A program made the position numbers and the translations under genes. From Alphaproteobacteria bacterium (GTDB taxonomy: Bacteria > Pseudomonadota > Alphaproteobacteria > Rs-D84): a stretch of 64,000 nucleotides of DNA. The DNA is taken from positions 73,160-137,159 of the forward strand of contig JAFWJF010000007.1 in NCBI GenBank assembly GCA_017511715.1, written 5' to 3'. Each line of letters starts with the position of its first letter. The stretch's first letter is position 1. The notes below the pieces were generated by a model. It had not been told where the DNA came from, did not search any database, and worked only from the letters and a program-made list of their open reading frames with translations. Shown in pieces: positions 1-8,300 of this stretch.

Positions 1-849
1 TTTAAGCGCCTGTTGTTCGATTTTCAGTTGCATCAAATGTCTGTCCAATTCATCAAGTTTTTCCGGTTTAGAAGCAATTTCAATACGAACGCGTGCTGCC
101 GCTTCATCAATTAAATCAATTGCCTTGTCTGGCAAAAATCTGTCTGTGATATAGCGGTTAGATAATTTCACCGCCGCAACCAACGCAGCATCTGCGATAC
201 GCACACCATGGTGTCCTTCGTATTTATCTTTCAGTCCGCGCAAAATTGAAATCGTATCATCAACCGTTGGTTCATCCACATAGACGGGTTGAAAACGGCG
301 CGCAAGTGCGGGGTCTTTTTCAATATATTGGCGATATTCATCCAATGTGGTTGCTCCCACACAGTGTAATTCACCACGCGCCAACATTGGTTTCAATAAA
401 TTGCCTGCATCCATACTGCCTTCGCCTTTGCCGGCACCAACCATAGTATGCAATTCATCAATGAATAAAATTATTTCGCCATTTGATTCTTTTACTGCTT
501 TCAATATCGCTTTAAGGCGACCTTCGAATTGACCGCGGAACATTGCCCCCGCCATCAATGCGCCCATATCAAGTGATAACAATTTTTTATTCAATAAATT
601 TTCTGGCATATCACCAGAAACTATGCGTTGTGCCAAACCTTCAACAATCGCGGTTTTACCAACCCCAGGATTACCAATTAACACAGGGTTATTTTTTGTT
701 CTGCGCGACAAAACTTGAATAGTTCTGCGCACTTCATCTTCACGCCCGATAACCGGGTCTAATTTACCATCTGCCGCCAATTTAGTAAAATCGGTAGTGT
801 ATTTTTCAATCGCCTGCTGTGGTGTTTCTTGAACTTCATCTGGATTCAT
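1..849 (-). CDS. clpB: ClpB chaperone (5' part; runs off the window edge), lacking the N-terminal Clp-repeat domain
   Basis: Not in the ORF track; translated by hand. [66 protein letters not shown] (Walker A), later [24 protein letters not shown] (ClpB M-domain). GAGGT RBS before the ATG at 849. Confidence 0.92.
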   Translation of the reverse strand, partial: MNPDEVQETPQQAIEKYTTDFTKLAADGKLDPVIGREDEVRRTIQVLSRRTKNNPVLIGNPGVGKTAIVEGLAQRIVSGDMPENLLNKKLLSLDMGALMAGAMFRGQFEGRLKAILKAVKESNGEIILFIDELHTMVGAGKGEGSMDAGNLLKPMLARGELHCVGATTLDEYRQYIEKDPALARRFQPVYVDEPTVDDTISILRGLKDKYEGHHGVRIADAALVAAVKLSNRYITDRFLPDKAIDLIDEAAARVRIEIASKPEKLDELDRHLMQLKIEQQALK

Positions 850-1002
850 CGAATTACCTCTTGTTTTTTTATTTCTAACATTTATATAGTCGCATATTTC
901 CAAAATTCAAGCCATCGGACAAAAAACCCAAGTCCACCAAAATATTTTTTACTTTTTCAAGATTTTTGTTATACTGACTTTCAAGCAACAAAGGATAAAA
1001 CT

Positions 1003-2412
1003 ATGCTTTTTTCAGATAAAGATTTACAACAAATAAAATCTCATGGTTTAGACATCAATAACATCAATCAACAAATAAAAAATTTCAACCGCGGCTTCCC
1101 TTTTGTCGATATTGTAAAACCAGCAGTATCCAATGATGGCGTACTTTTGTGTGATGACAAAGATATTGAAAAATTTATACAAATTTATGATGCGTATGCA
1201 AAAACACATAAAATAGTAAAATTTGTTCCTGCATCTGGTGCGGCAACGCGTATGTTCAAAGATTTATTTGATTTTGCTTCAAGCGGCAATATGAATGCAA
1301 CCACAGAAAAAACTATAAACAACTTTGATAAATTTGCTTTTTATGATGAAATAAAACCAAATAATTCAGACATTATAGACGGCATTCTGAACAAGTACGG
1401 CAATATGCCAAAAGGTTTGATACCTTTTCATAAATATAAAAATATCACAAAAACACCTGTTGAAGAACATTTAACCGAAGGGGCGAAATACGCAACATCC
1501 AACAATATAGTATATATTCATTTCACAGTATCGCCAGAACACAGGCAAAATTTTAGCGAATTATTAAATCGTATTGTGCCTTTTTATGAATCTGAATATG
1601 GTGTAAAATACGATATAAGTATGTCTGAACAAAAAAAATCTACAGACACTATCGCGGTGAATTTAGACAACACACCTTTCAGAAACACCGATGGTTCGTT
1701 GTTGTTCAGACCGGCTGGACATGGGGCTTTGATTGAAAATCTTAACGATATTGATTCAGATTTAATCTTTATCAAAAACATAGATAATGTTTCTTGTTAT
1801 TATTCAGACACTGTGAAATACAAAAAATTATTGGCAGGCATACTGGTATCTGTTCAATCTAAGGTTTTCGATTTAATTCATAAAATCGATGCTGGCGATA
1901 CCGATGTTGAAACAGTGCATAATTTTATAACAAATGAAATCGGCATAAAATTAAACAGCATGCTATCTATGTCAGAATATAAAGATATTCTGAACCGTCC
2001 ATTGCGCGTTTGTGGTGTGGTAAAAAATTCTGGCGAACCAGGCGGGGGACCTTTCTGGGTTCGTGATAGAAACGGGAAAATCAGCCTGCAAATTGTAGAA
2101 TCCAGCCAAATTGCCCCTGAATCTAAGGATATAATGCAGAAATCTGAATATTTTAATCCGGTAGATTTAGTATGCGGGACAAAAGATTACAAAGGGAACA
2201 AATTCGATTTGACCAAGTACATTGATGAAAACACAGGCTTTATTTCTGAAAAATCTAAAAATGGGAAAACTTTGCGCGCCATGGAACGTCCGGGGCTTTG
2301 GAACGGCGCAATGGCAAATTGGAACACGATACTGGTGTCTGTTCCGGCATCAACTTTTTCCCCGGTGAAAGTGCTAACAGACCTGTTAAAAGATGCGCAC
2401 CAGGTAAAATAA
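1003..2412 (+). CDS. DUF4301 family protein (nucleotide-diphospho-sugar transferase-like fold)
   Basis: KFVPASGAATRMFK, FRPAGHGALI, GEPGGGPFW and ERPGLWNGAMA motifs. Start moved to the ATG at 1003 after AAGGA. Confidence 0.85.
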   Translation: MLFSDKDLQQIKSHGLDINNINQQIKNFNRGFPFVDIVKPAVSNDGVLLCDDKDIEKFIQIYDAYAKTHKIVKFVPASGAATRMFKDLFDFASSGNMNATTEKTINNFDKFAFYDEIKPNNSDIIDGILNKYGNMPKGLIPFHKYKNITKTPVEEHLTEGAKYATSNNIVYIHFTVSPEHRQNFSELLNRIVPFYESEYGVKYDISMSEQKKSTDTIAVNLDNTPFRNTDGSLLFRPAGHGALIENLNDIDSDLIFIKNIDNVSCYYSDTVKYKKLLAGILVSVQSKVFDLIHKIDAGDTDVETVHNFITNEIGIKLNSMLSMSEYKDILNRPLRVCGVVKNSGEPGGGPFWVRDRNGKISLQIVESSQIAPESKDIMQKSEYFNPVDLVCGTKDYKGNKFDLTKYIDENTGFISEKSKNGKTLRAMERPGLWNGAMANWNTILVSVPASTFSPVKVLTDLLKDAHQVK

Positions 2413-2489
2413 CATGAAAAAATAAAAACATTACTTGACTTTTATTAAATTATACTGTAAATTATTGCCCAGTAATTAAAGGATTTAAT

Positions 2490-2864
2490 ATGCCACGTGT
2501 ATGTAAAGTAACTGGAAAAAAGACAATGGTAGGAATGAATGTATCTCATTCTATGCGTCATACAAAACGCACATTCTTGCCGAATTTGCAAAAATTATCG
2601 TTCCACAGTGATATTTTGGGACGCGATTTCAACCTTCGTATTTCAACGGCTGGATTGCGTACATTAACCAAACACGGTGGATTGGATGCCTATGTAATGG
2701 CTAAACCTGTATCCCGTTTGACACCTGATATGGCTGCAATTAAAAAAGCCATTGAAAAGAAAAACGGCAAAGCACCAACTCCTGCGAAAAAACCGGTTCA
2801 CAAACCAACCCGCAGCGCAAGATTGGTGAAAAAGGTTGAATCTAAAAAAGCAGCTGCTAAATAA
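2490..2864 (+). CDS. rpmB: 50S ribosomal protein L28 with Lys/Pro/Ala-rich C-terminal extension
   Basis: MPRVCKVTGKK..GMNVSHS.RHTKRTFLPNLQ..LRISTAGLRT is the L28 signature. Confidence 0.95.
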   Translation: MPRVCKVTGKKTMVGMNVSHSMRHTKRTFLPNLQKLSFHSDILGRDFNLRISTAGLRTLTKHGGLDAYVMAKPVSRLTPDMAAIKKAIEKKNGKAPTPAKKPVHKPTRSARLVKKVESKKAAAK

Positions 2865-2884
2865 TAAACGGCTGCAACAGTTCT

Positions 2885-2969
2885 GGCTCTGTGGTGGAAC
2901 TGGTAGACGCGCTTGACTCAAAATCAAGTTCCGAAAGGAGTGTCGGTTCGATTCCGACCAGAGCCACCA
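2885..2969 (+). tRNA. tRNA-Leu(CAA)
   Basis: GGCTCTG/CAGAGCC acceptor stem, anticodon arm CTTGA-CTCAAAA-TCAAG, long variable arm, GGTTCGATTCC T arm, encoded CCA. Confidence 0.97.
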
Positions 2970-2976
2970 GAAACGA

Positions 2977-3009
2977 AAAAATACACACCCTTGTGGTGTG
3001 TATTTTTTT
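2977..3009 (+). terminator. Intrinsic terminator after tRNA-Leu
   Basis: AAAAATACACACC-cttgt-GGTGTGTATTTTT hairpin followed by a T tract. Confidence 0.7.
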
Positions 3010-3023
3010 GTTTGTTTTGTTTT

Positions 3024-3120
3024 TGGTCGGAAGCGAACCGCGGTTCGTAACGAAGCGTAGCGAAGTGAAAGGGACCCGCGATGCAATCGCGGGAATGTAC
3101 TTTCCGACCAGAGCCTGCCA
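3024..3120. repeat. Structured small element ending in a duplicate of the tRNA-Leu 3' end
   Basis: TTCCGACCAGAGCC at 3102-3115 is identical to 2952-2965. TGGTCGGAA (3024-3032) is the inverted complement of TTCCGACCA. Internal hairpins CGAACCGCGGTTCG and CCCGCGATGCAATCGCGGG. Confidence 0.6.
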
Positions 3121-3249
3121 ATTTTTGTTATTGAACACACAAAGTGTGTGAAATTAAAAAAATTGAGCACACCATCGTTTGATGGTATTTTTTATTTCTG
3201 TTCGGGGTAATGAGTTGGAATCGAACCAAGGGGACATATTCAACATTAC

Positions 3250-4188
3250 CTATTCATCAACACCATAACCCATCACGCCGGAACCGCCCGCCAAATAGAA
3301 TTTTTTCGTCACAGTATCCCACATACCGTTTTGTGGTGTAGTATATCCACAAATGTTTGTTCCTTTGGCCACCGGTTGATATTCATGTATTAATGAGCCC
3401 GACGAATTCCATAACTTTACAGAATAAACTTTCATGCCACCACTGTTTGCTAAATTGTTGTTTACACTGGCAATATGACTGTTTTTAAATATTTTTATTG
3501 TATCATCAGAAGAACACATAGTGTCTGTACGCAAAGTCTTGCCGCCTGCGTTGCTGCCATCAACATATATTACTTTATCTTTTTTACCAGTGTTATTTTG
3601 AACCAAATATACATGTTTTCCAACAGGCCTGTTATATTGAGACTTCAAAGATGCAGACGAAGTTAATGTCCCTATCCTGAAATATATTATCCCGTTATTA
3701 TTGATTGTCACATCATAAAAACACGACGAATCCACAGTCCCCATTAACGGTGCACTTACACCATTAATAATATCAGCTGTCAATTCAACATTATGCGCAG
3801 AATTTACCCCAACCTCTGTATCAAAATACTGGTTACCATCAGACAATAAGTATGCATTTGAATTTGTTTGTTCCCATTCACAAGTATCATCCATCACAAT
3901 TGGTTCTGGTGGAATTTCTGGCACTTCTTCACCGCCACCTTCGTTGCAATCTTCGCCACAAACAGAATATGTCGTTCCATTAAATGCAACACGAACAGTA
4001 TTGGCTGATAATTGGGTGGTTAATGGTGCACACCAAATTTCTTCACCAATCGCCACTTTTATTTTATGTTGTGTGGAACAGGTTTCAAACAACTGTACAG
4101 ATTTGTCCCCAACATGCAAAACACGTGCACCGGCAACCGTGTGCACAAATAGAAGCAAGACCGCTAGAAACATACTGTTGAAGCGCAT
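3250..4188 (-). CDS. Secreted hypothetical protein; Cys-containing N-terminal part, Pro/Glu linker, probable ConA/LamG-like beta-sandwich
   Basis: Signal-peptide-like N-terminus. VYSVKLWN..LIHEYQPV..GMWDTVTKKFY resembles LamG-like domain ends. Confidence 0.5.
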   Translation of the reverse strand: MRFNSMFLAVLLLFVHTVAGARVLHVGDKSVQLFETCSTQHKIKVAIGEEIWCAPLTTQLSANTVRVAFNGTTYSVCGEDCNEGGGEEVPEIPPEPIVMDDTCEWEQTNSNAYLLSDGNQYFDTEVGVNSAHNVELTADIINGVSAPLMGTVDSSCFYDVTINNNGIIYFRIGTLTSSASLKSQYNRPVGKHVYLVQNNTGKKDKVIYVDGSNAGGKTLRTDTMCSSDDTIKIFKNSHIASVNNNLANSGGMKVYSVKLWNSSGSLIHEYQPVAKGTNICGYTTPQNGMWDTVTKKFYLAGGSGVMGYGVDE

Positions 4189-4345
4189 CTATTCCTTTCC
4201 CTATAACAACATAAAAATTTTAGAATAAATTGTTAATACCACACAACAAAAAAATTACATATAAGTATTGATAATCAATACCATTACGGTATTTCACATA
4301 CCATTTTGTGGCACAATATTTGTTTTCTTTGGCTGCTGGTTGATA

Positions 4346-5050
4346 TTATTGGTTCCGCCAAACAACAGATTCAAATAGAGATTCTATTTTTTTCTTTAAA
4401 TTTTCATCATTGAAAAACTGTTCACGTTGTGCGGGTGTGGTTTCACGTTTTTCATTTTCATGATACGGTGTGTATTTTTGCACCGCAAAATTTTTCACTC
4501 CAAAATCAGATGCAATTTTTGCAATTTCCAACAAATCATCTTTGCTGACAAATCGCGGGTCACATGTTGTCCGCACTTCCAAACCGCGCCCCGTTGATAC
4601 CCAATATTGCAACGATTCAATCATACGATCATACGCAATATCTATACCAGTTAAATCTTTGTAGTGTTCTTTTGTTGCCTTGAAATCAAGCCCAACCCAA
4701 TCGACGATATCAACAACTTTTTTTAATAAATCAGGATAAAAACCGTTAGTGTGCAAACCAATTGCGAACCCCAAACCTTTGACACGTTTCATATATTCGA
4801 TTGTTGCATCAGCCTGCATCAGTGCTTCGCCACCTGAAAAGACAATGCCTTCCAATTTGCCTTTGCGGGCGGCAAGCCAATCAAATACTTTTTCGGGATC
4901 ATATTCGCCCTGTTCCACGGCTATCAAATGCGAATTAGAACAATATTCGCAATTCAATGGACACCCCTTAAGAAATAATACAGCGGCCAATTTCCCTGGA
5001 TAATCTATCGTTGTAAAGGAAACCAAGCCGCCGATTTGTAATTCTTTCAT
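4346..5050 (-). CDS. nrdG: Anaerobic ribonucleotide reductase activating enzyme (radical SAM)
   Basis: TTIDYPGKLAAVLF..GCPLNCEYC (CxxxCxxC), FSGGE; downstream of nrdD. Confidence 0.92.
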   Translation of the reverse strand: MKELQIGGLVSFTTIDYPGKLAAVLFLKGCPLNCEYCSNSHLIAVEQGEYDPEKVFDWLAARKGKLEGIVFSGGEALMQADATIEYMKRVKGLGFAIGLHTNGFYPDLLKKVVDIVDWVGLDFKATKEHYKDLTGIDIAYDRMIESLQYWVSTGRGLEVRTTCDPRFVSKDDLLEIAKIASDFGVKNFAVQKYTPYHENEKRETTPAQREQFFNDENLKKKIESLFESVVWRNQ

Positions 5051-5065
5051 AAAACTATAAACCCG

Positions 5066-5251
5066 TTATGCCGCCCTTTTCATCAATTCACAATGACGCG
5101 CACCGGCTGTCAAAGAATTCGCTTCTGTAAATGTATTTCTTTCTTCGAATTCAGCACGTTTACCGATATTGAAATTGCTGATTGGTCTTATATATCCCAT
5201 TGAACGTGAAAAAGTTTCGCATTTTGTTCTTTGTTGTGTTTGTGGGTTCAT
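5066..5251 (-). CDS. Stand-alone glycyl-radical domain of class III RNR (61 aa)
   Basis: RTKCETFSRSMGYIRPISNFNIGKRAEFEER matches the NrdD C-terminal Gly-radical loop (SRxxGYxRP). Own AAGGAGG RBS before the ATG at 5251. Confidence 0.85.
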   Translation of the reverse strand: MNPQTQQRTKCETFSRSMGYIRPISNFNIGKRAEFEERNTFTEANSLTAGARHCELMKRAA

Positions 5252-5276
5252 GTTTTTCCTCCTTTCCTTTTTTTGA

Positions 5277-7331
5277 TTATTCGTGATTGTCACATTTACA
5301 TTGGCAATCGTTATTGTTTGCCGCAATTTCTGCATCGCATTTTGGACAGAAATCGTGCCGACCTGGTAAATAGCCATGTTTCGGACAAATTGAAAATGTA
5401 GGCGTCAATGTCATATATGGCACTTTGTAATTTTCGAATATTGTCCTTACGATTTTTTCAGCCGCTTCGCCAGATGAAACCGGTTCGCCCATATAAAGGT
5501 GCAACATTGTGCCACCTGTATATTTACGCTGTAATTCTTCCTGGTGTTCCAAGGCGACAAATGGGTCGTCTGTGAAATACACTGGTAATTGAGTAGAATT
5601 TGTATAATAAGGCGCATCTTCTGTTCCTGCGGTCAAAATATCAGGGAAATTCTTTTTATCTGTTTTAGCAAAACGATACGCACATCCTTCGGCTGGCGTT
5701 GCTTCCAAATTATACAGATTGCCTGTCGTTTCCTGATAATCAGCCAAATTAGTTCTGATAAAATCCATCACTTCCAAAACAAGATTTTTACCGAATACAG
5801 TTGCGATGTTGTCTGTGCCATTTGTGAAATTCATAACCATTTCATTTGCACCATTAACACCAATTGTTGAAAAGTGATGATTCCAGTTGCCCAGATAACG
5901 TTTTGTAAACGGATAAAGGCCACGTTCCAAATTCTTGGAAATAATTTTGCGTTTGATTTCCAATGAATCACGTGCCAAATCAAGCAATCTTTTCAATTCG
6001 CGCAATAAACCTTCGCGGTCGCCCTTGTGAGTATAACCAAGGCGCGCCAAATTAATTGTCACAACGCCAATAGAACCTGTTTTTTCAGCAGACCCAAACA
6101 AACCACCACCACGCTTTAACAATTCGCGCACATCAAGACGTAATCTGCAACACATGGAACGAACATCCGTTGGATTCAAATCAGAATTCAAGAAGTTCTG
6201 AAAATTCGGAATACCATATTTTGCCGCCAAATCAAACAAAGGTTTCACATTTGGATGTTCCCATGGGAAATCGTCTGTGATGTTGTATGTTGGAATTGGA
6301 AATGTAAACGGCCGCCCCAAAGCATCGCCTTCTGTCATAACTTCGATAAAGGCTTTGTTAATCATATCCATTTCGGCCTGCAAATCACCATAGGTGAAAT
6401 CAACCATTTTTTTGCCAACAAATGGACGCTGTTCACGCAAATCTTTTGGACAAGTCCAATCAAAAGTAAAGTTAATAAACGGCGTTTGTGTTCCCCAACG
6501 ACACGGCACAGAACAATTAAACACCAATGTCTGCATCGCATTTTTTACATCTGCATAGGATAATTTATCAATGCGAACATACGGTGCCAAATATGTATCA
6601 ACAGAAGAAAACGCCTGCGCCCCAGCAAATTCGTTTTGTAAAGTACCCAAGAAATTCACCATATGGGAAATTGCTGTCGCCATATGTTTTGCCGGTTCAC
6701 ATTGTAAATAGCCAGGAACACCATTGAATCCTTCGTACAACAATTCACGCAAAGACCAACCAGCACAATATCCAGTTAACCAACCTAAATCGTGAATATG
6801 AAATGCCGCAGATTTGTGCGCTTCGGCAATTTCTTTTGGATATATGCTTAACCAATATTCTGCCGTCATACGTTCAGAAGAACGCAAAATCAACCCACCA
6901 ATTGAATACCCAATATTCGCATTTTCTTTCACGCGCCAATCTGCTTCACTTACATAGCCGTCAATTACTTCGACCGCATCAACCAACGAATCACGAATTT
7001 CAGCACGTTTTTGACGATATACAATATAGGCTTCTGCTGTCTTATACGCATGCGTATCCATAAGGGTTTGAACAACTATATCTTGAATATTTTCAACGTT
7101 TGGTATTTGACCGGCGTATTTTTTATCCAATCTTTTCAGAACATCTTGTGTAATTTTTACAATATCTGCATCTGAGACTTCACGCGTCACAGCCACAGCA
7201 GATTTAATCGCATCAAAAATCTTTTTCGCATCAAATGGCACAACTTCACCAGAACGTTTCTGTATTGATTCCAATTCACATGTTAATGTCGACACAACTT
7301 GAATTTTTGTTTCGTTTTTATTGCCCGCCAT
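5277..7331 (-). CDS. nrdD: Anaerobic (class III) ribonucleoside-triphosphate reductase, catalytic subunit without the glycyl-radical tail
   Basis: N-terminal ATP cone (IQKRSGEVVPFDAKKI), HIHDL, YCAGWSL, RSMCCRL finger loop, EATPAEG, C-terminal CPKHG..CPKC zinc site. Confidence 0.95.
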   Translation of the reverse strand: MAGNKNETKIQVVSTLTCELESIQKRSGEVVPFDAKKIFDAIKSAVAVTREVSDADIVKITQDVLKRLDKKYAGQIPNVENIQDIVVQTLMDTHAYKTAEAYIVYRQKRAEIRDSLVDAVEVIDGYVSEADWRVKENANIGYSIGGLILRSSERMTAEYWLSIYPKEIAEAHKSAAFHIHDLGWLTGYCAGWSLRELLYEGFNGVPGYLQCEPAKHMATAISHMVNFLGTLQNEFAGAQAFSSVDTYLAPYVRIDKLSYADVKNAMQTLVFNCSVPCRWGTQTPFINFTFDWTCPKDLREQRPFVGKKMVDFTYGDLQAEMDMINKAFIEVMTEGDALGRPFTFPIPTYNITDDFPWEHPNVKPLFDLAAKYGIPNFQNFLNSDLNPTDVRSMCCRLRLDVRELLKRGGGLFGSAEKTGSIGVVTINLARLGYTHKGDREGLLRELKRLLDLARDSLEIKRKIISKNLERGLYPFTKRYLGNWNHHFSTIGVNGANEMVMNFTNGTDNIATVFGKNLVLEVMDFIRTNLADYQETTGNLYNLEATPAEGCAYRFAKTDKKNFPDILTAGTEDAPYYTNSTQLPVYFTDDPFVALEHQEELQRKYTGGTMLHLYMGEPVSSGEAAEKIVRTIFENYKVPYMTLTPTFSICPKHGYLPGRHDFCPKCDAEIAANNNDCQCKCDNHE

Positions 7332-7356
7332 TTTCAACCCCTTAATTTTGACAAAA

Positions 7357-7405
7357 ACACTATATATAGTATTCTTTTGCTTCCTTATGGCACAATATAC
7401 AGTAT
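7357..7405. promoter_or_regulatory. Tandem NrdR boxes upstream of nrdD
   Basis: ACACTATATATAGTAT (7357-7372) and GCACAATATACAGTAT (7390-7405) fit the NrdR consensus acaCwAtATaTwGtg, starts 33 bp apart. A weaker third copy lies at 7527-7542. Confidence 0.8.
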
Positions 7406-7896
7406 TTGTTATTCATTCTCATCCAAAAAAAAATTTTTTTTCCTGTTTTTTCACTTGCATTTTTATATCGCCCACTGAGTGTGCCTTTGCGCATGTTTTT
7501 ATAAAACCGATTCGGTGTGTTTTTGTACACTAAATACAGTTTTGTATTTATTTTCGTCAAAAAACAGATAAAAAAGCGATTCGCAAAAGACTAAAAAATC
7601 AAAATATAGACATTTTTGTTCCGATTCGTATCAAGATATTGATTTTTTTATAATATTGTATTGAATAAAGACGTTTTTACAAAACGAACTCAAAAGAACA
7701 CCATGGAATCAAGAAAATGGGATGATGGGACGACCCAAACAAAAATAGCTGATTCGTTGCGAAAGCCACCATCCCATGTTATATATTCTCTCTTCTCTGC
7801 TTTCGCATGTTTTATATTGTATCACAAAAAAATTATTTTGCAAAAAAAGAATGCCGTTTAGACATTCTTTCCAAAGATACAAAGGTAAAAAAGCCT

Positions 7897-8127
7897 TTAG
7901 TCGCGACGGCGGTGTTCATATTCGCATGTTGGTTTGTCGCCAAAAATCCATATAAACAACCAAATTAACGCTGCCAAACCGATAACAGCATAAACCAAAC
8001 GCGTTAAAATTGTCATTGGACCAAAAAGCCAAGCCACTAAATCGAATCTAAAAAATCCGACCAGCCCCCAGTTCAATGCCCCAACCAAAGATAAAGGTTT
8101 CAAAACATAATGTGTAAATGCACCCAT
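7897..8127 (-). CDS. DUF378 family small membrane protein
   Basis: LVGALNWGLVGFFRFDLVAWLFG..LTRLVYAVIGLA signature. Confidence 0.9.
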   Translation of the reverse strand: MGAFTHYVLKPLSLVGALNWGLVGFFRFDLVAWLFGPMTILTRLVYAVIGLAALIWLFIWIFGDKPTCEYEHRRRD

Positions 8128-8250
8128 TTTTTTCTCCTGTGGTTATAAGTTTTAGTCTTTCAAGACATTGTTATTATACCGCAGGAACGCTTGTAATTCC
8201 GCAGGAACGGTTTCATATCATAATTAATAAAAATATTTATTTCTTATAAA

Positions 8251-8280
8251 AAAATATCCCCACAATTATGGGGATATTTT
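8251..8280 (-). terminator. Intrinsic terminator downstream of ppdK
   Basis: AAAATATCCCCA-caatta-TGGGGATATTTT inverted repeat. Confidence 0.7.
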
Positions 8281-8300
8281 TATTTGTTTTACGCAAAATA

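Noticed and set aside
829-1002. Extended N-termini given by the ORF track (DUF4301; likewise ppdK 11081, argS 23730, PPTase 35627)
   Set aside because: Downstream ATGs have better RBSs or align with family N-termini, and the extensions overlap neighbouring genes or promoters.
2664-3170. ORFs overlapping tRNA-Leu (168, 93, 86 and 65 aa)
   Set aside because: They overlap the tRNA, rpmB and structured repeats and have no protein-like features.
5066-5377. 103-aa ORF or programmed frameshift joining nrdD to the glycyl-radical domain
   Set aside because: A strong AAGGAGG RBS precedes the ATG at 5251, the upstream 42 codons look like shadow translation of the nrdD 3' end, and the linker would be much longer than in unsplit NrdD. 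A frameshift is not formally excluded.
7360-7861. Short ORFs in the nrdD upstream region
   Set aside because: AT-rich regulatory DNA containing NrdR boxes; weak starts and no recognisable motifs.
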